The position numbers and the translations under genes are program-made. Shown in pieces: positions 47,685 to 58,847 of a DNA stretch of 64,000 bases; position 1 is the stretch's first letter, and every line of letters begins with the position of its first letter. Below the pieces are notes generated by a model. It was not told where the DNA came from. It saw only the letters and a program-made list of their open reading frames with translations, and searched no databases. The stretch lies in the NCBI GenBank assembly GCA_001799675.1, contig MGTX01000032.1, positions 42,405 to 106,404 of the forward strand, written 5' to 3'. Source of the stretch: Elusimicrobia bacterium GWA2_66_18. Its GTDB lineage: Bacteria; Elusimicrobiota; Elusimicrobia; UBA1565; UBA9628.

Positions 47685-48431
47685 TTACTGTGTTAATGAC
47701 ACAGTCAATGAGAGGGGCTTGCTTGCGCGCACGATCAGGTTGGCGGTCAACAACGAGTCCTGGGCGTAGGACTCGGCGAACAGGTAGAGCCGCGCCAGCG
47801 CGCGGAAGGGCTGCCAAAGAAGCCAGCGTGCCAGACTGCGCGCGCCGGTGACAACGGGTCCCTCGGGAAGCACCACGACGTTCTCGAAACCGGCCACCTT
47901 CATAAGTTGCCAGGCGCTGGATTTTGTGAATGCCAGTTCATGGGATAGGTCGCCGTAGCGCACTCGCATGCCGAAGGGCCCGTCCGCGTTGGGTGCGCGC
48001 CACAGGAACGTGCCTCCCGGCTTGAGCGCGTTGTGGACTGCGTCAAGGACGCCGAAGATCTCATCTTTCGTGAAGTGCTCTATGACGTCGAGCGCCACGA
48101 CGCAATCGTAGCGTGCCGTCTGCGAGGCGAGGTGGACGCGGGCGTCGCCCGTAGAGACGCCCGCAACGCCGGCACGGACCGCTTTCTCAATATGGAAGGG
48201 GTCCTGGTCCATGCCGGTGGCTCGGGAGTAGCCGGCCTTCTGGAGATAATATAAGAAGCCTCCGGAGCCGCAGCCTAGCTCGAATATTTCGGCGGAAGGA
48301 TCGCTCGGCAGCAGAGGCCCGAACACCTTCGCGTACACCTTTGCCTCATAGGCGAAGTCTGAGGCTGCCTGGTTCTGGATATGGGTGGCGCGGTAGTTTC
48401 TGTAGATGCGTTTGCGGTAAGAGGATTCTAT
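47685..48431 (-). CDS. Class I SAM-dependent methyltransferase (start uncertain)
   Basis: ELGCGSG, DVIEH, LKPGG, RYGDLSHE; frame open upstream of GTG 48338 with no ATG, possible ATA start at 48431. Confidence 0.85.
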   Translation of the reverse strand: MESSYRKRIYRNYRATHIQNQAASDFAYEAKVYAKVFGPLLPSDPSAEIFELGCGSGGFLYYLQKAGYSRATGMDQDPFHIEKAVRAGVAGVSTGDARVHLASQTARYDCVVALDVIEHFTKDEIFGVLDAVHNALKPGGTFLWRAPNADGPFGMRVRYGDLSHELAFTKSSAWQLMKVAGFENVVVLPEGPVVTGARSLARWLLWQPFRALARLYLFAESYAQDSLLTANLIVRASKPLSLTVSLTQ

Positions 48432-48611
48432 GCAAGTGCTTTTATCAAATTTGGCCCGATATTTCTATTTCCCATGGGCATGCATCGGCAATCGAATCTC
48501 AGTCGGCATTGCTGGCTAGAGAAGCAAGTCCACTTCTTTGAGGATGGCGTTCAGCGTTCTCTCCTTGGATTTACAGCATTATAATGACTAAAATCATAAC
48601 ATGGCGGCGGC

Positions 48612-49118
48612 ATGAGAGTATCCGTTTGGCTTTGGAGATTGTTTTGGCCGCTGAGGGCGAGGCTTCACCCGGGTGCCGACGTCGGAGGTTGTTTTCCCGA
48701 TTTCACTCTTCGAGACGCACAGGGGCGGGAACATTCGCTCTACGATGAGGCGCCGGGAGTCCTCACGGTGTTGTGGTTGACGAACTTGTGCCAGGACTGC
48801 CAAGCCGCAATCCCGCTGCTGGAAGAGGCGCGTCTCGAATCGGGCGGCCGCGTCCGCGTCCTAGCCGTCAGCATCCTGGCCATCGACGACCCCCTGCCCG
48901 GGCAGGTCGCGCCGAAGTGCGGCTTTCCGATCTTGCTGGACCCGGAGAATGTCGTCGAACTCCGCCTCGGGCAGCCGCACCCGCCGGGGGCTTGTCCCCT
49001 GCGCAACTTCTACATAGTAGACGGGGGCGGGACGATACGCTTCAAGCATCACTTGTCGGCGCTGCGGCCGGACGAGTTCCGCTCCGTCTGGAAAAAGATG
49101 AGCGCTGGAATAAAATGA
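48612..49118 (+). CDS. Redoxin (TlpA/peroxiredoxin-like)
   Basis: PDFTL.D..G, CQDC, FPILLD, IVDGGGTIR. Confidence 0.8.
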   Translation: MRVSVWLWRLFWPLRARLHPGADVGGCFPDFTLRDAQGREHSLYDEAPGVLTVLWLTNLCQDCQAAIPLLEEARLESGGRVRVLAVSILAIDDPLPGQVAPKCGFPILLDPENVVELRLGQPHPPGACPLRNFYIVDGGGTIRFKHHLSALRPDEFRSVWKKMSAGIK

Positions 49119-49156
49119 TCCCCGCTGGAATTGACGCTTTAAAAACGCTAGGATGA

Positions 49157-50218
<1,062 letters not shown>

Positions 50219-50222
50219 GGCC

Positions 50223-51137
50223 TTGAGCGGCAAGAAAAAGCACGCCACCGTCATCGGCGTGCCCCTCGACTACGGCGCGTCCAAGAGGGGCGCCTCGGGC
50301 GGACCGGCGGCCATCCGCCGGGCCAACCTCGTCGAGGGCCTCGAGGCCCTCGACTTGGAGGTCTCGGACGCGGGAGACCTGCCCGTCGCCAAGGTCGTCA
50401 TCTCGGCCAAGGGAAAGCTCAAGAACGCCGGCCCCATCCTCAAGGTCTGTCAATCTCTGGAGAAGCAGGCCTACGAGGCCGTGGCCAACGGATCCATCCC
50501 CGTTACGCTGGGCGGCGACCACAGCCTGGCCGTGGGCTCGGTGTCGGGAGTGGCTCGCGCGTTCCGCGACAAGGGGCGCAAGATCGGCCTCATCTGGCTG
50601 GACGCGCACGCCGACATGAACACGCCGGAGACCTCTCCGACGGGCAACGTCCATGGCATGCCGCTGGCGCACCTGCTCGGCATGGGACATAAGGACTTTG
50701 CGCGCCTCGGGGGCTTCGCCCCGAAGATCGACCCGCGCAACGTGGTCCTCGTCGGCATCCGCGACGTGGACCGCGCGGAGGCCGTCAACATCCGCAAGTC
50801 CGGCATTCGCGTTTTCTCCATGCAGGAGATCGACCGTTTCGGCATGGGCGTTGTGACCGAACAGGCCATCGACATGGCCAGCGACGGCACCGCGGGCTTC
50901 CACGTCAGCTTCGACATCGACTCCGTCGACCCCGGCAACGCCCCCGGCACCGGCACCATCAAGCGCGGGGGCCTGACCTACCGCGAGGCGCACCTCTTCA
51001 TGGAACTGGTGGCCGATTCCGAGCGCATGGTCGGCCTCGACGTCGTCGAGGTCAACCCCCTCGAGGACACCCAGAACGCGACCGCCGTGCTGGCCAGCGA
51101 GTTGATCGCCTCCTCGATGGGCAAGAACATCTACTAA
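50223..51137 (+). CDS. rocF: Arginase
   Basis: GGDHS, WLDAHAD.NTP..S.TGNVHGMP, SFDIDSVDP, EVNP. Confidence 0.93.
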   Translation: MSGKKKHATVIGVPLDYGASKRGASGGPAAIRRANLVEGLEALDLEVSDAGDLPVAKVVISAKGKLKNAGPILKVCQSLEKQAYEAVANGSIPVTLGGDHSLAVGSVSGVARAFRDKGRKIGLIWLDAHADMNTPETSPTGNVHGMPLAHLLGMGHKDFARLGGFAPKIDPRNVVLVGIRDVDRAEAVNIRKSGIRVFSMQEIDRFGMGVVTEQAIDMASDGTAGFHVSFDIDSVDPGNAPGTGTIKRGGLTYREAHLFMELVADSERMVGLDVVEVNPLEDTQNATAVLASELIASSMGKNIY

Positions 51138-51153
51138 AGCGAAGGATCCCCTC

Positions 51154-52359
51154 ATGACCGAGAAGCCCGCCCTCAAGCTCAAGCGTCTTCAGGACCTCAC
51201 CTTCAAGGGAAAGCGCGTCCTGGTTCGCGTGGACTACAACGTTCCCATGAATGGTTCCAAGATCGAGGACAACGCCCGCATCCGCGAGACGCTCAAGACC
51301 CTGGAGGCCCTGATCGCGGGGGGAGCCAAGCTCGTTTTGATCTCGCATCTCGGCCGTCCCAAGGGCAAGCCCGACCCCAAATACACCCTCAAGCCCGTGT
51401 CCGAGGAACTCTCCAAGCTCCTCAAGAAGCCCGTGGCCTTCGCCTGCGACTGCGTGGGCCCCGAGGCGGACAAGGCCGTGGCCGCCGTGAAATCCGGCGG
51501 CGTTCTGCTCCTCGAGAATCTGCGTTTCCACGCCGAAGAGGAGGTCAACGATCCGGCTTTCGCCAAGGCCCTGGCCAAGCACGCAGACCTCTTCATCCAG
51601 GAAGCTTTCGGCGCGCTCCACCGCGCCCATGCCTCCACCGCCGGCGTCACGAGGCACCTTCCCGGCGCCATCGGCTTCCTCGTCCAGAAGGAACTCGAGT
51701 TCCTGGACCGCGCGATGGGCAACCCCGTTCGTCCCTTTACGGCCATCATCGGCGGCGCCAAGGTCTCCGACAAGCTTGCCGTGCTCGACAAGCTTCTGGA
51801 GCGAGTGGATGTTCTCCTCATCGGCGGCGGCATGGCCTACACCTTTCTGGCCGCGCAAGGCATCAACATCGGCAAATCTCTCTTGGAGAAGGATCAAGTC
51901 GAGGCCGCCAAGGCGATCATCGAGAAAAGCTACAATAAAAAGATCGAGATCCTCCTGCCGGCCGACCACCTCGCCGTGCGCGAGATCAAGCCCGACGCGG
52001 CCGTGAGCGTGACCCAGGCCATGGCCATTCCATCGGACCTCATCGGCGTGGACATCGGCCCCCACACCGTCGAATTCTTCGTCGAGCACGTCGCCAAGTC
52101 CAAGACCGTCTTCTGGAACGGTCCCATGGGGATCTTCGAGATGGAGGCCTTCTCCAAGGGAAGCTTTGCCGTCGCCAAGGCCATGGCCGAGGCCACCAAG
52201 CACGGCGTCATCACCATCGTGGGCGGCGGCGACAGCCTCTCCGTCATCGCCAAGGCGGGCCTGGTCGGCACGATGAGCCACTGCTCCACCGGGGGCGGGG
52301 CCAGCTTGGAACTGCTCGAGGGCAAGATTCTCCCGGGCTTGGCGGCGCTGGCGTCTTAA
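51154..52359 (+). CDS. pgk: Phosphoglycerate kinase
   Basis: RVDYNVP, SHLGRP, LENLRF, GGAKVSDK, WNGPMG, STGGGA. Confidence 0.98.
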   Translation: MTEKPALKLKRLQDLTFKGKRVLVRVDYNVPMNGSKIEDNARIRETLKTLEALIAGGAKLVLISHLGRPKGKPDPKYTLKPVSEELSKLLKKPVAFACDCVGPEADKAVAAVKSGGVLLLENLRFHAEEEVNDPAFAKALAKHADLFIQEAFGALHRAHASTAGVTRHLPGAIGFLVQKELEFLDRAMGNPVRPFTAIIGGAKVSDKLAVLDKLLERVDVLLIGGGMAYTFLAAQGINIGKSLLEKDQVEAAKAIIEKSYNKKIEILLPADHLAVREIKPDAAVSVTQAMAIPSDLIGVDIGPHTVEFFVEHVAKSKTVFWNGPMGIFEMEAFSKGSFAVAKAMAEATKHGVITIVGGGDSLSVIAKAGLVGTMSHCSTGGGASLELLEGKILPGLAALAS

Positions 52360-52385
52360 TGCTCGAAAAGGTATAATGATTTTCG

Positions 52386-52694
52386 ATGTATCATTTTCTC
52401 CTGACGGTTCACGTCCTCGCCTGCTTCGGCATGATCCTCTTCGTCCTGCTTCAGACCGGGCGCGGCGCGGGCCTGCAGATGTTCGGCGGCGGCGGAGACT
52501 CGCTCATCACCACGCCCGGAGGCTCCAGCTTCATGAAGAAGTTCACCGCGGGCCTGGCGGCGACCTTCGCCTTCACCTCTCTTTTCCTGACTCTGCTTCA
52601 GAACCGCTCCGGGATGTCGAGCGTGACCTCGAAGGGCGCGGATCTTCCCGTGCCCGTCGAAGCGCCCGCCTCCCTTCCCGCGGCGAAGAAGTAG
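52386..52694 (+). CDS. secG: Preprotein translocase subunit SecG
   Basis: VLLQ.G.GAG...FGGG between two TMs; followed by tRNA-Leu. Confidence 0.92.
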   Translation: MYHFLLTVHVLACFGMILFVLLQTGRGAGLQMFGGGGDSLITTPGGSSFMKKFTAGLAATFAFTSLFLTLLQNRSGMSSVTSKGADLPVPVEAPASLPAAKK

Positions 52695-52705
52695 CCGTAC
52701 CCGAC

Positions 52706-52789
52706 GCGCGGGTGGTGGAACTGGCAGACACGTACGCTTGAGGTGCGTATGCCCGAAAGGGTTTGGGGGTTCAAGTCCCCCCTCGCGCA
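52706..52789 (+). tRNA. tRNA-Leu (GAG)
   Basis: GCGCGGG/CTCGCGC acceptor, TACGC-TTGAGGT-GCGTA anticodon arm, long variable arm, GTTCAAGTC. Confidence 0.96.
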
Positions 52790-53002
52790 AGTTTAATCGA
52801 CAACAGAGAATCGCGTACCAGAAACGCCCCATCGGAAACGATGGCGGGCAATACTAGAAAGTTCCTAGTCCTAGATGGACCTGGGTCCAAAGACCACTCA
52901 GTTTTGCCTGAAAGGCCCCTGCGCTTAATTTTGGAATGCGCTACATATATCTACAGGCAAAGGCAGTCTCCCGATGCCGGTATGCATGAATGGAGGGCAA
53001 AC

Positions 53003-53743
53003 ATGAGGAAGGTTCTGGGAGTTGGGATCGCCGTCATGGCGGCTGGCATGCTGCGGGCTGGATCGGCTTTGGCGGTAGGGACTAGCGGCGAGCAACCATG
53101 GGCGCTTCCGCCCTCGGCGGAATCGCCAGGCACGATCATCATCAGCCAGGAGAGTTTGACTTGGGACAAATTCTTCGATAGTTTCGTATTGGGTGAATCC
53201 GCCGGGTACGAGCGCTATGCCTGGGAGCGTCCGCTCCCCTGGGCGCCATTCTACCCCATGGACGCGGACGTGGATCAGGTCACGGGCGAGGCCAAGGAGA
53301 TAAGGAAGATCAACCCGAGGGCCTATTACGGCGCGTGGGGGTTGCATTCGGCGGAGGACCCTTCGTACTTCAGCAAGGCGGAACTCTACTATTTCCGCCA
53401 GCCGTTCTATTTCTTCTGCAATTCGGCCCTAGTGGGGGACCCAACCAAGAGGGGAGTGCGGTTTGGCGAGGTCGTCGTATTCTTCAACTCCCACAGCGTC
53501 CTGGACCACGGACAGGAGACCATGATCCGGGAGGGCTTCGTGGTGGACCGCGCGGGCCAGGTGCTGGCTGCCTTCGACTCCATCTATGACGTGAGCCATA
53601 CCCAGGATGGGACTCATTCCGGCGCCCAAGGGACGAGCATGAAGAGCTACCGCATGCTTGACCCCGAAACGGCGGAGGTGAAGACAAGGTGGGATTTCCT
53701 CCGCGATCTCTTCCTAAAGCCTACGCCGTCGGGCTCGTTTTAG
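53003..53743 (+). CDS. Hypothetical exported protein
   Basis: GGAGG RBS; signal peptide MRKVLGVGIAVMAAG; aromatic-rich. Confidence 0.7.
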   Translation: MRKVLGVGIAVMAAGMLRAGSALAVGTSGEQPWALPPSAESPGTIIISQESLTWDKFFDSFVLGESAGYERYAWERPLPWAPFYPMDADVDQVTGEAKEIRKINPRAYYGAWGLHSAEDPSYFSKAELYYFRQPFYFFCNSALVGDPTKRGVRFGEVVVFFNSHSVLDHGQETMIREGFVVDRAGQVLAAFDSIYDVSHTQDGTHSGAQGTSMKSYRMLDPETAEVKTRWDFLRDLFLKPTPSGSF

Positions 53744-53788
53744 CCGCTTGGACGCGCAGGGATAAGATTTCTCGGCTATAATCATGTG

Positions 53789-54490
53789 ATGGAAGTCGTG
53801 CGTCTTCTTCCTGTTATTGTTATCTTCCTGGCCTCGACGCGGGCCGTTGCCGGTCCAACCGGCGCCGCCGACGGCCACGCCGCGCGGGCGACGGGATTTC
53901 CCGGGGCATATCTCGACGCGGTCGCGCTCTCTCTGGCCGCGGACCCGCTTTACGCTTCGCGCTTGCTCGACGGCATGCAGATGCATCTGCGCTCGCTGAC
54001 GGCGATGACCGCTCCGCTCGCGGTCTCGGCTTATTTAGAGAACGCCGTGATGTCGACTCTCGGCGCCGGGCGCGAAGCGGCCGGGCGCCTCGTCGCATCG
54101 TTGGGCCGCGAGCCTCTGGACCCGCCCAAGGCCTCGGCCCTGCTCATCGCCAACGCGCTGATGCGGCCGGAGCAGTTCCGCGAGGTCCTCGACGGCCTCG
54201 AGACGCTCAAGCCCGGACTGGGCAAGCAGGCTGCGCTCATCCTGCGCGAGGTCAAAGGAGGGGGGGACCGCCGGCTGATCGAGGCCCTGCGCGTCGCGGG
54301 CAAGCGCGTGCCGCAGGGGCGCATGCTGACTTACGGGCCGGATGGGCGCCTCGACTGGATCTTCGACGGAGCCGGGGGCGGGTTCGGACACGATTCCTCT
54401 GCCGGCGAGGTCCCGGGCTCCTTCAAAGGAGAAGGCGCCGCCGGAAGGCCGCGGCGCTCGACGCGCCCGCCCTCGAAGCGCCTCGACTAA
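53789..54490 (+). CDS. Hypothetical exported protein
   Basis: TATAAT 6 nt before ATG; signal peptide. Confidence 0.7.
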   Translation: MEVVRLLPVIVIFLASTRAVAGPTGAADGHAARATGFPGAYLDAVALSLAADPLYASRLLDGMQMHLRSLTAMTAPLAVSAYLENAVMSTLGAGREAAGRLVASLGREPLDPPKASALLIANALMRPEQFREVLDGLETLKPGLGKQAALILREVKGGGDRRLIEALRVAGKRVPQGRMLTYGPDGRLDWIFDGAGGGFGHDSSAGEVPGSFKGEGAAGRPRRSTRPPSKRLD

Positions 54491-54556
54491 CTCCTGATTG
54501 CGCCTGCGAGTATGAGGTTGAGGTCCATAGGATGAATCTGGTATCATTTCAATTAT

Positions 54557-54632
54557 GGGCCTGTAGCTCAGCTGGGAGAGCGCCTGCATGGCATGCAGGA
54601 GGTCAGCGGTTCGATCCCGCTCAGGTCCACCA
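54557..54632 (+). tRNA. tRNA-Ala (GGC)
   Basis: G3:U70 pair, CCTGC-ATGGCAT-GCAGG anticodon arm, GTTCGATC, encoded CCA. Confidence 0.97.
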
Positions 54633-54746
54633 ATTTTGATTTCGGTTCCCTATCGCTTCTTCTCCCTGAATCCGGGACAGCCTGAGGCAAAACAGATCCG
54701 TCAATGGTTGCAGATATGGAGGCAGAACATCCGGGATGAGCACCTC

Positions 54747-55406
54747 ATGGTTGCCCGCTTAAGCTTGTTTCTGGCCCTGCTCGCGCCGGCCTCGCCAGGC
54801 GCGGCCCGAGACTATGATGCGGCTTTCGACAATCTCAGCAACATTTCCGATCGACGCGGCAACTACATCAGCGTTTCCAACCGGACGGCGGGCAACTCCA
54901 GCCAAGTCCGACTGTCAAGCCTCAACCGCTACGGCAACACGAACTGGTACATCGACCATGCCGACGGCAGCACGGAGCGGGCGACGAGCTTTTATATCGA
55001 CGGCAGCGGAGCCATCGTGGTGGCCGGCGTCCGGCTCGCGCAGGGAATCAACTATGTCTGGCTCATGAAGTACTCCGGTTCCGGTCAGTTCTTTTGGGAA
55101 AGCGCCGATGCGATGGCCGGTTGCGCGGCCTTCGACGTGGTCTCCACTCAGAACGGAGGCGCCTGGGTGGCCGCCTCCTGCATCGACGGCCAGAGCTCCC
55201 TGGTGCGCCTGCTTCATTACCACAGCGCCGGATATCTCCTGTGGGCGCAAAATAGCGCCGAGGGGGGACGCAGCTACGTGAGGAACTTGAACGTGGATTT
55301 CATGAACCGTGTCAGCATGACCATCGAGATCGACAACGGCTACGGCGCCAGGAGCGCGCGCACCATGGTCTATGACGCCAACGGCGGCCGTCTGGCGATT
55401 TACTGA
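54747..55406 (+). CDS. Exported beta-propeller-like protein
   Basis: Signal peptide; repeats of the D..G.I.VAG / KY...G...W type. Confidence 0.6.
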   Translation: MVARLSLFLALLAPASPGAARDYDAAFDNLSNISDRRGNYISVSNRTAGNSSQVRLSSLNRYGNTNWYIDHADGSTERATSFYIDGSGAIVVAGVRLAQGINYVWLMKYSGSGQFFWESADAMAGCAAFDVVSTQNGGAWVAASCIDGQSSLVRLLHYHSAGYLLWAQNSAEGGRSYVRNLNVDFMNRVSMTIEIDNGYGARSARTMVYDANGGRLAIY

Positions 55407-55407
55407 C

Positions 55408-57162
55408 ATGAAAAGAATCCTGACGCTCAGCCTATTGTTCCTGATCTCCGCGGCCGTTCACGCCCAGCAGACGAGCACGGCGACCTACGTTCATCTGACC
55501 AGCAGGCGCTGGCATACCTTCGACCCGGCCAACGCCTTCGACGTCGTCAGCCACATCGTCACGGGCAACGTCTACGAGAGCCTGCTCGCCTTCAAGAGCG
55601 TCTCCCAAACGGACGCTTTCAAGCCGTTCTTGGCCAGCCGCGTACCCTCCATCGAGAACGGTCTGATCTCAAAAGACCACCTCAGATACTCCTTGCCGAT
55701 CCGCCGGAACGTCCGCTTCCATGACGGCTCCTTGCTGACGGCCGAGGACGTGCGCTACTCCTTTTTGCGCTTCATGCTGCTTGACTCCGATGGCGGTCCC
55801 GCCGCCCTGCTCCTGCGCCCCCTGTTGGGCGTCTCCAGCACGCGCAACGCCTCCGGCAAGAGATTGATCTCCTTCCAGGACGCGGCGCGCGCCGTGACCG
55901 TCAAGGGCGGACAGGTCGTCTTCACGCTCAAGAAGCCGGACAGCTCTTTCCTGAAGCTCCTGGCTTCCCTGCCCATCGTCACGTCCATGGCTTGGGCCGC
56001 CGCGCAAAAAGATTGGGATGGCTCTGAGAACGCCTGGATATCCTTCAACGCCCGGCCGGCCGATCAGACCGGTCTCCACGCGAAAATGAACGGCACCGGG
56101 CCCTTTCGCCTCGAGCGCGTAGAGGACGACGAACTCGTGCTGGCGCGTCATGACGGGTACTGGCGCAGCCCCAGCGCGCTTGAGCGTGTCCGCTTCAAAG
56201 CGGTGCCCAACGGCGGTCTGCGGCTGTTCATGCTCCAGGCCGGCGACGCCGATTCGAGCTATCTGGAAGATTCCTTCCGGCCCTACGCCAAAGCCGCCAA
56301 GGGCCTGCGCGTCATCGACGGCCGGCCCGATACCGATTTGGGCGAGATGGTCTTTTTTAATTTTAAAGCGGCCGCGGCGGGCAATGAGATGCTGGGCAGC
56401 GGCCGGCTCGACGGAGCCGGCATCCCGCCCGATTTTTTCAGCGACATCGATGTGCGCCGGGGCTTCGCGTGGGCCTTCGACTATGAGCAGTTCGCGCGCG
56501 CCGCTTACGGCTCCCTCGCCCGGCGCGTCCGGGGCCCGTTCCCATCCAGCATGGCGCCGGGCGCCGATGGAGCGCCTTACGCCAAGGATCTCCAAAAAGC
56601 GCGCGATGCCTTCCAGAATGCGTTCGGCGGAGAGGTCTGGAAGAAGGGCTTCGTCCTGCCCGTGAGTTACAGCAGCAGCAACCTGACGCGAGAGCTGGCC
56701 GCAGAGGCTCTGCGCAGCGGGCTCAGGGAGGTCAACCCCCGCTTTAGGGTGGAACTCCATCCCCTGCAGAGTCAGGAGTACTACGCCGAGTTGGAAAGCC
56801 GCAAGCTCCCTCTTTTCATCGGCGGCTACTATTCCGATTTCCCCGACCCGCACTCCTACGCGTTCGGGCTGCTCCAAAGCCAGAGCTACTTCCCGAAATA
56901 CCAGAGCTTCTTCGACCCGGAGATCGATGTCCTCATCGAGAAGGCCGCGGCCGAGGCGGACCCTGCCGCTCGCCGGGCTCTCTACCAGGGCCTGAGCGTC
57001 CTGGCGGAGAAGACCCTGCCTCATCTTTACACCTACGCCGCCCCGCCCCTGCGCGTATGCGGAGATTGGGTGTCCGGTTACGATTCCGCCGACAACACCA
57101 ACAACCTCCACGCCAACAACTTCCCCTACTTCTACTCGTACTCGAAGCGACCGCGGCCCTAA
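55408..57162 (+). CDS. Family 5 peptide/nickel solute-binding protein
   Basis: TFDPA, NVYESL, RFHDGS.LTAEDV.YSF.R, NGTGPF, D.DVRRGFAWAFD. Confidence 0.92.
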   Translation: MKRILTLSLLFLISAAVHAQQTSTATYVHLTSRRWHTFDPANAFDVVSHIVTGNVYESLLAFKSVSQTDAFKPFLASRVPSIENGLISKDHLRYSLPIRRNVRFHDGSLLTAEDVRYSFLRFMLLDSDGGPAALLLRPLLGVSSTRNASGKRLISFQDAARAVTVKGGQVVFTLKKPDSSFLKLLASLPIVTSMAWAAAQKDWDGSENAWISFNARPADQTGLHAKMNGTGPFRLERVEDDELVLARHDGYWRSPSALERVRFKAVPNGGLRLFMLQAGDADSSYLEDSFRPYAKAAKGLRVIDGRPDTDLGEMVFFNFKAAAAGNEMLGSGRLDGAGIPPDFFSDIDVRRGFAWAFDYEQFARAAYGSLARRVRGPFPSSMAPGADGAPYAKDLQKARDAFQNAFGGEVWKKGFVLPVSYSSSNLTRELAAEALRSGLREVNPRFRVELHPLQSQEYYAELESRKLPLFIGGYYSDFPDPHSYAFGLLQSQSYFPKYQSFFDPEIDVLIEKAAAEADPAARRALYQGLSVLAEKTLPHLYTYAAPPLRVCGDWVSGYDSADNTNNLHANNFPYFYSYSKRPRP

Positions 57163-57290
57163 AAGTCGCCGGCAAGTCAGATGACCGTCTCGGCCGACGA
57201 AAGGGCGGGGACTGTTCGGCATCCGTTCACTTTTTATTTGGTCGCGGGGGACGCACCATGGAGCTATCCTGGCATTAGAGAGGTGCTTCC

Positions 57291-57737
57291 ATGGACGAGT
57301 TACGGATCGGACAACTGACGAAGGAGATGGTCGTCGAGGAGTTGAGGCTTCTGGGAGACCCGTGCGTCGCGGCGGCGTTGGTGGTGCGTAGGACCCTTTT
57401 CGCCGCGCTCAAGGACTCGCCGGTCGACGGGACCGCCCACGCGCGGGTGGTGTCGGACTCGGTCGAGGGGGCGATGACGGCTCTTCTCCTCGCCGACCAC
57501 AGCCTGGCGCGCGGCGCCATCCTCGTCCTCGAGGCCGTTCACGACGTCGCCGGAGAGTGTCACCTCGACCCCACGGAGTGCATGCGCGCCGCCCTGAGCG
57601 CCCTGGCGAGCCTGCGCCGCTTTGTAGAACCCGCGCGCATTGACGACATCCGGCTGGGGATCGAGGCTCACTACATGGGGGCCGGAGAAGTGTTCTCGGA
57701 GTTCCTGAAGTCGTCCTTCATTCCCGTGCCGCGCTGA
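57291..57737 (+). CDS. Hypothetical helical protein
   Basis: GAGGT RBS; host-like codon usage. Confidence 0.7.
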   Translation: MDELRIGQLTKEMVVEELRLLGDPCVAAALVVRRTLFAALKDSPVDGTAHARVVSDSVEGAMTALLLADHSLARGAILVLEAVHDVAGECHLDPTECMRAALSALASLRRFVEPARIDDIRLGIEAHYMGAGEVFSEFLKSSFIPVPR

Positions 57738-57771
57738 GCCCCGCCGCTTCTTGTTTTGATAGGATAGGGTC

Positions 57772-58365
57772 ATGATTGCCGTCGTCGTCGCGCTGAGCGC
57801 TCCGGCGCTCGCAGTCGACCCTCTGGTGGATCTGCGCAACGTCGTCCCGGACGTCGTCCTGGACGTCCGCTACGCGACTGCCGACAACTTCCTGGGCCGC
57901 GCGGTCTACGCGCGCCCCGCCGCGTTCCTGCGCCGTTCCACGGCGGAGAAGCTGGCCCGGGCCGCGCAGACGCTTCGCGTCCAGGGCCTGCGCCTGGTCA
58001 TCTTCGACGCGTACCGGCCCCTCTCGGCGCAGAAGCTGATGTGGAAGGCCCGACCGGACTCCCGCTTCGTGGCCGATCCCGCGCGCGGTTCCGCGCACAA
58101 TCGGGGCGGGGCCGTGGACGCGGGCCTAGTTGACGCGGCCGGCCGGCCGAAGAGCATGCCCAGCGCTTTCGACGAGTTCGGTCCCGGCGCCGCCCACGAC
58201 GCGCCCGGCGCGGGGCCCGAGGCGCGCGCCAACGCCCGCGTCCTCAAAACCGCCATGGAGACGGCGGGCCTGCGGTCCCTGGAGGAGGAGTGGTGGCACT
58301 ACCGCGACCCGGCCTCGAGTGATTGGCCCCTTCTCGACATCCCTTTGGAGGAACTCGCCCCATGA
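57772..58365 (+). CDS. ddpX: D-alanyl-D-alanine dipeptidase (M15D, VanX/DdpX-like)
   Basis: YAT.DNF.G, DAYRP, SAHNRGGAVD, EWWHY. Confidence 0.9.
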   Translation: MIAVVVALSAPALAVDPLVDLRNVVPDVVLDVRYATADNFLGRAVYARPAAFLRRSTAEKLARAAQTLRVQGLRLVIFDAYRPLSAQKLMWKARPDSRFVADPARGSAHNRGGAVDAGLVDAAGRPKSMPSAFDEFGPGAAHDAPGAGPEARANARVLKTAMETAGLRSLEEEWWHYRDPASSDWPLLDIPLEELAP

Positions 58366-58847
58366 AGGAAATCGTCGGGGACTTCCTGCCGCTCGAGCCG
58401 GGACTGCAGTTAGAGTATTCGCTCTCCCGCTGCCTGGGGCGCTCTTCGCTTATCGTGGAGCACTTCGCCGGTCCCGAGGGCTGCGTCAGCGTGCGCCGGA
58501 CCTGGAGCGCTCCCGATGGGACGACGCAGTCCGAGACTTCGCGCGCCGAGTGTCGCGCCGACGGCGTCTACTACGACGGAGAGTTGGTCCTGCCCTTGCC
58601 CGCGCGGCTGGGAGCGCGCTGGGCGCGGCCGCCTCGTGAGTATCGCGTGGAGGACCTGGACGCGGCGGCCGAGACGTTGGTCGGACGCTTCACGGGATGC
58701 CTGCGCGTGGGCTATCTGATCGCCGGCGGCGACGGCGGCAGCGGCGAGCGGCTTTACGCGCCTGGCGTGGGTCTGGTGCGCGAGACCTGCGCCGACGAAG
58801 CCGACTCCTTCGAACTCGTCTTGACCTCGCGCCGGGGCGGCCGGTGA
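58362..58847 (+). CDS. Hypothetical protein
   Basis: FLPLEPG...Y, GRFTGCLRV, YAPGVGLVR pattern; overlaps both neighbours. Confidence 0.7.
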   Translation: MKEIVGDFLPLEPGLQLEYSLSRCLGRSSLIVEHFAGPEGCVSVRRTWSAPDGTTQSETSRAECRADGVYYDGELVLPLPARLGARWARPPREYRVEDLDAAAETLVGRFTGCLRVGYLIAGGDGGSGERLYAPGVGLVRETCADEADSFELVLTSRRGGR

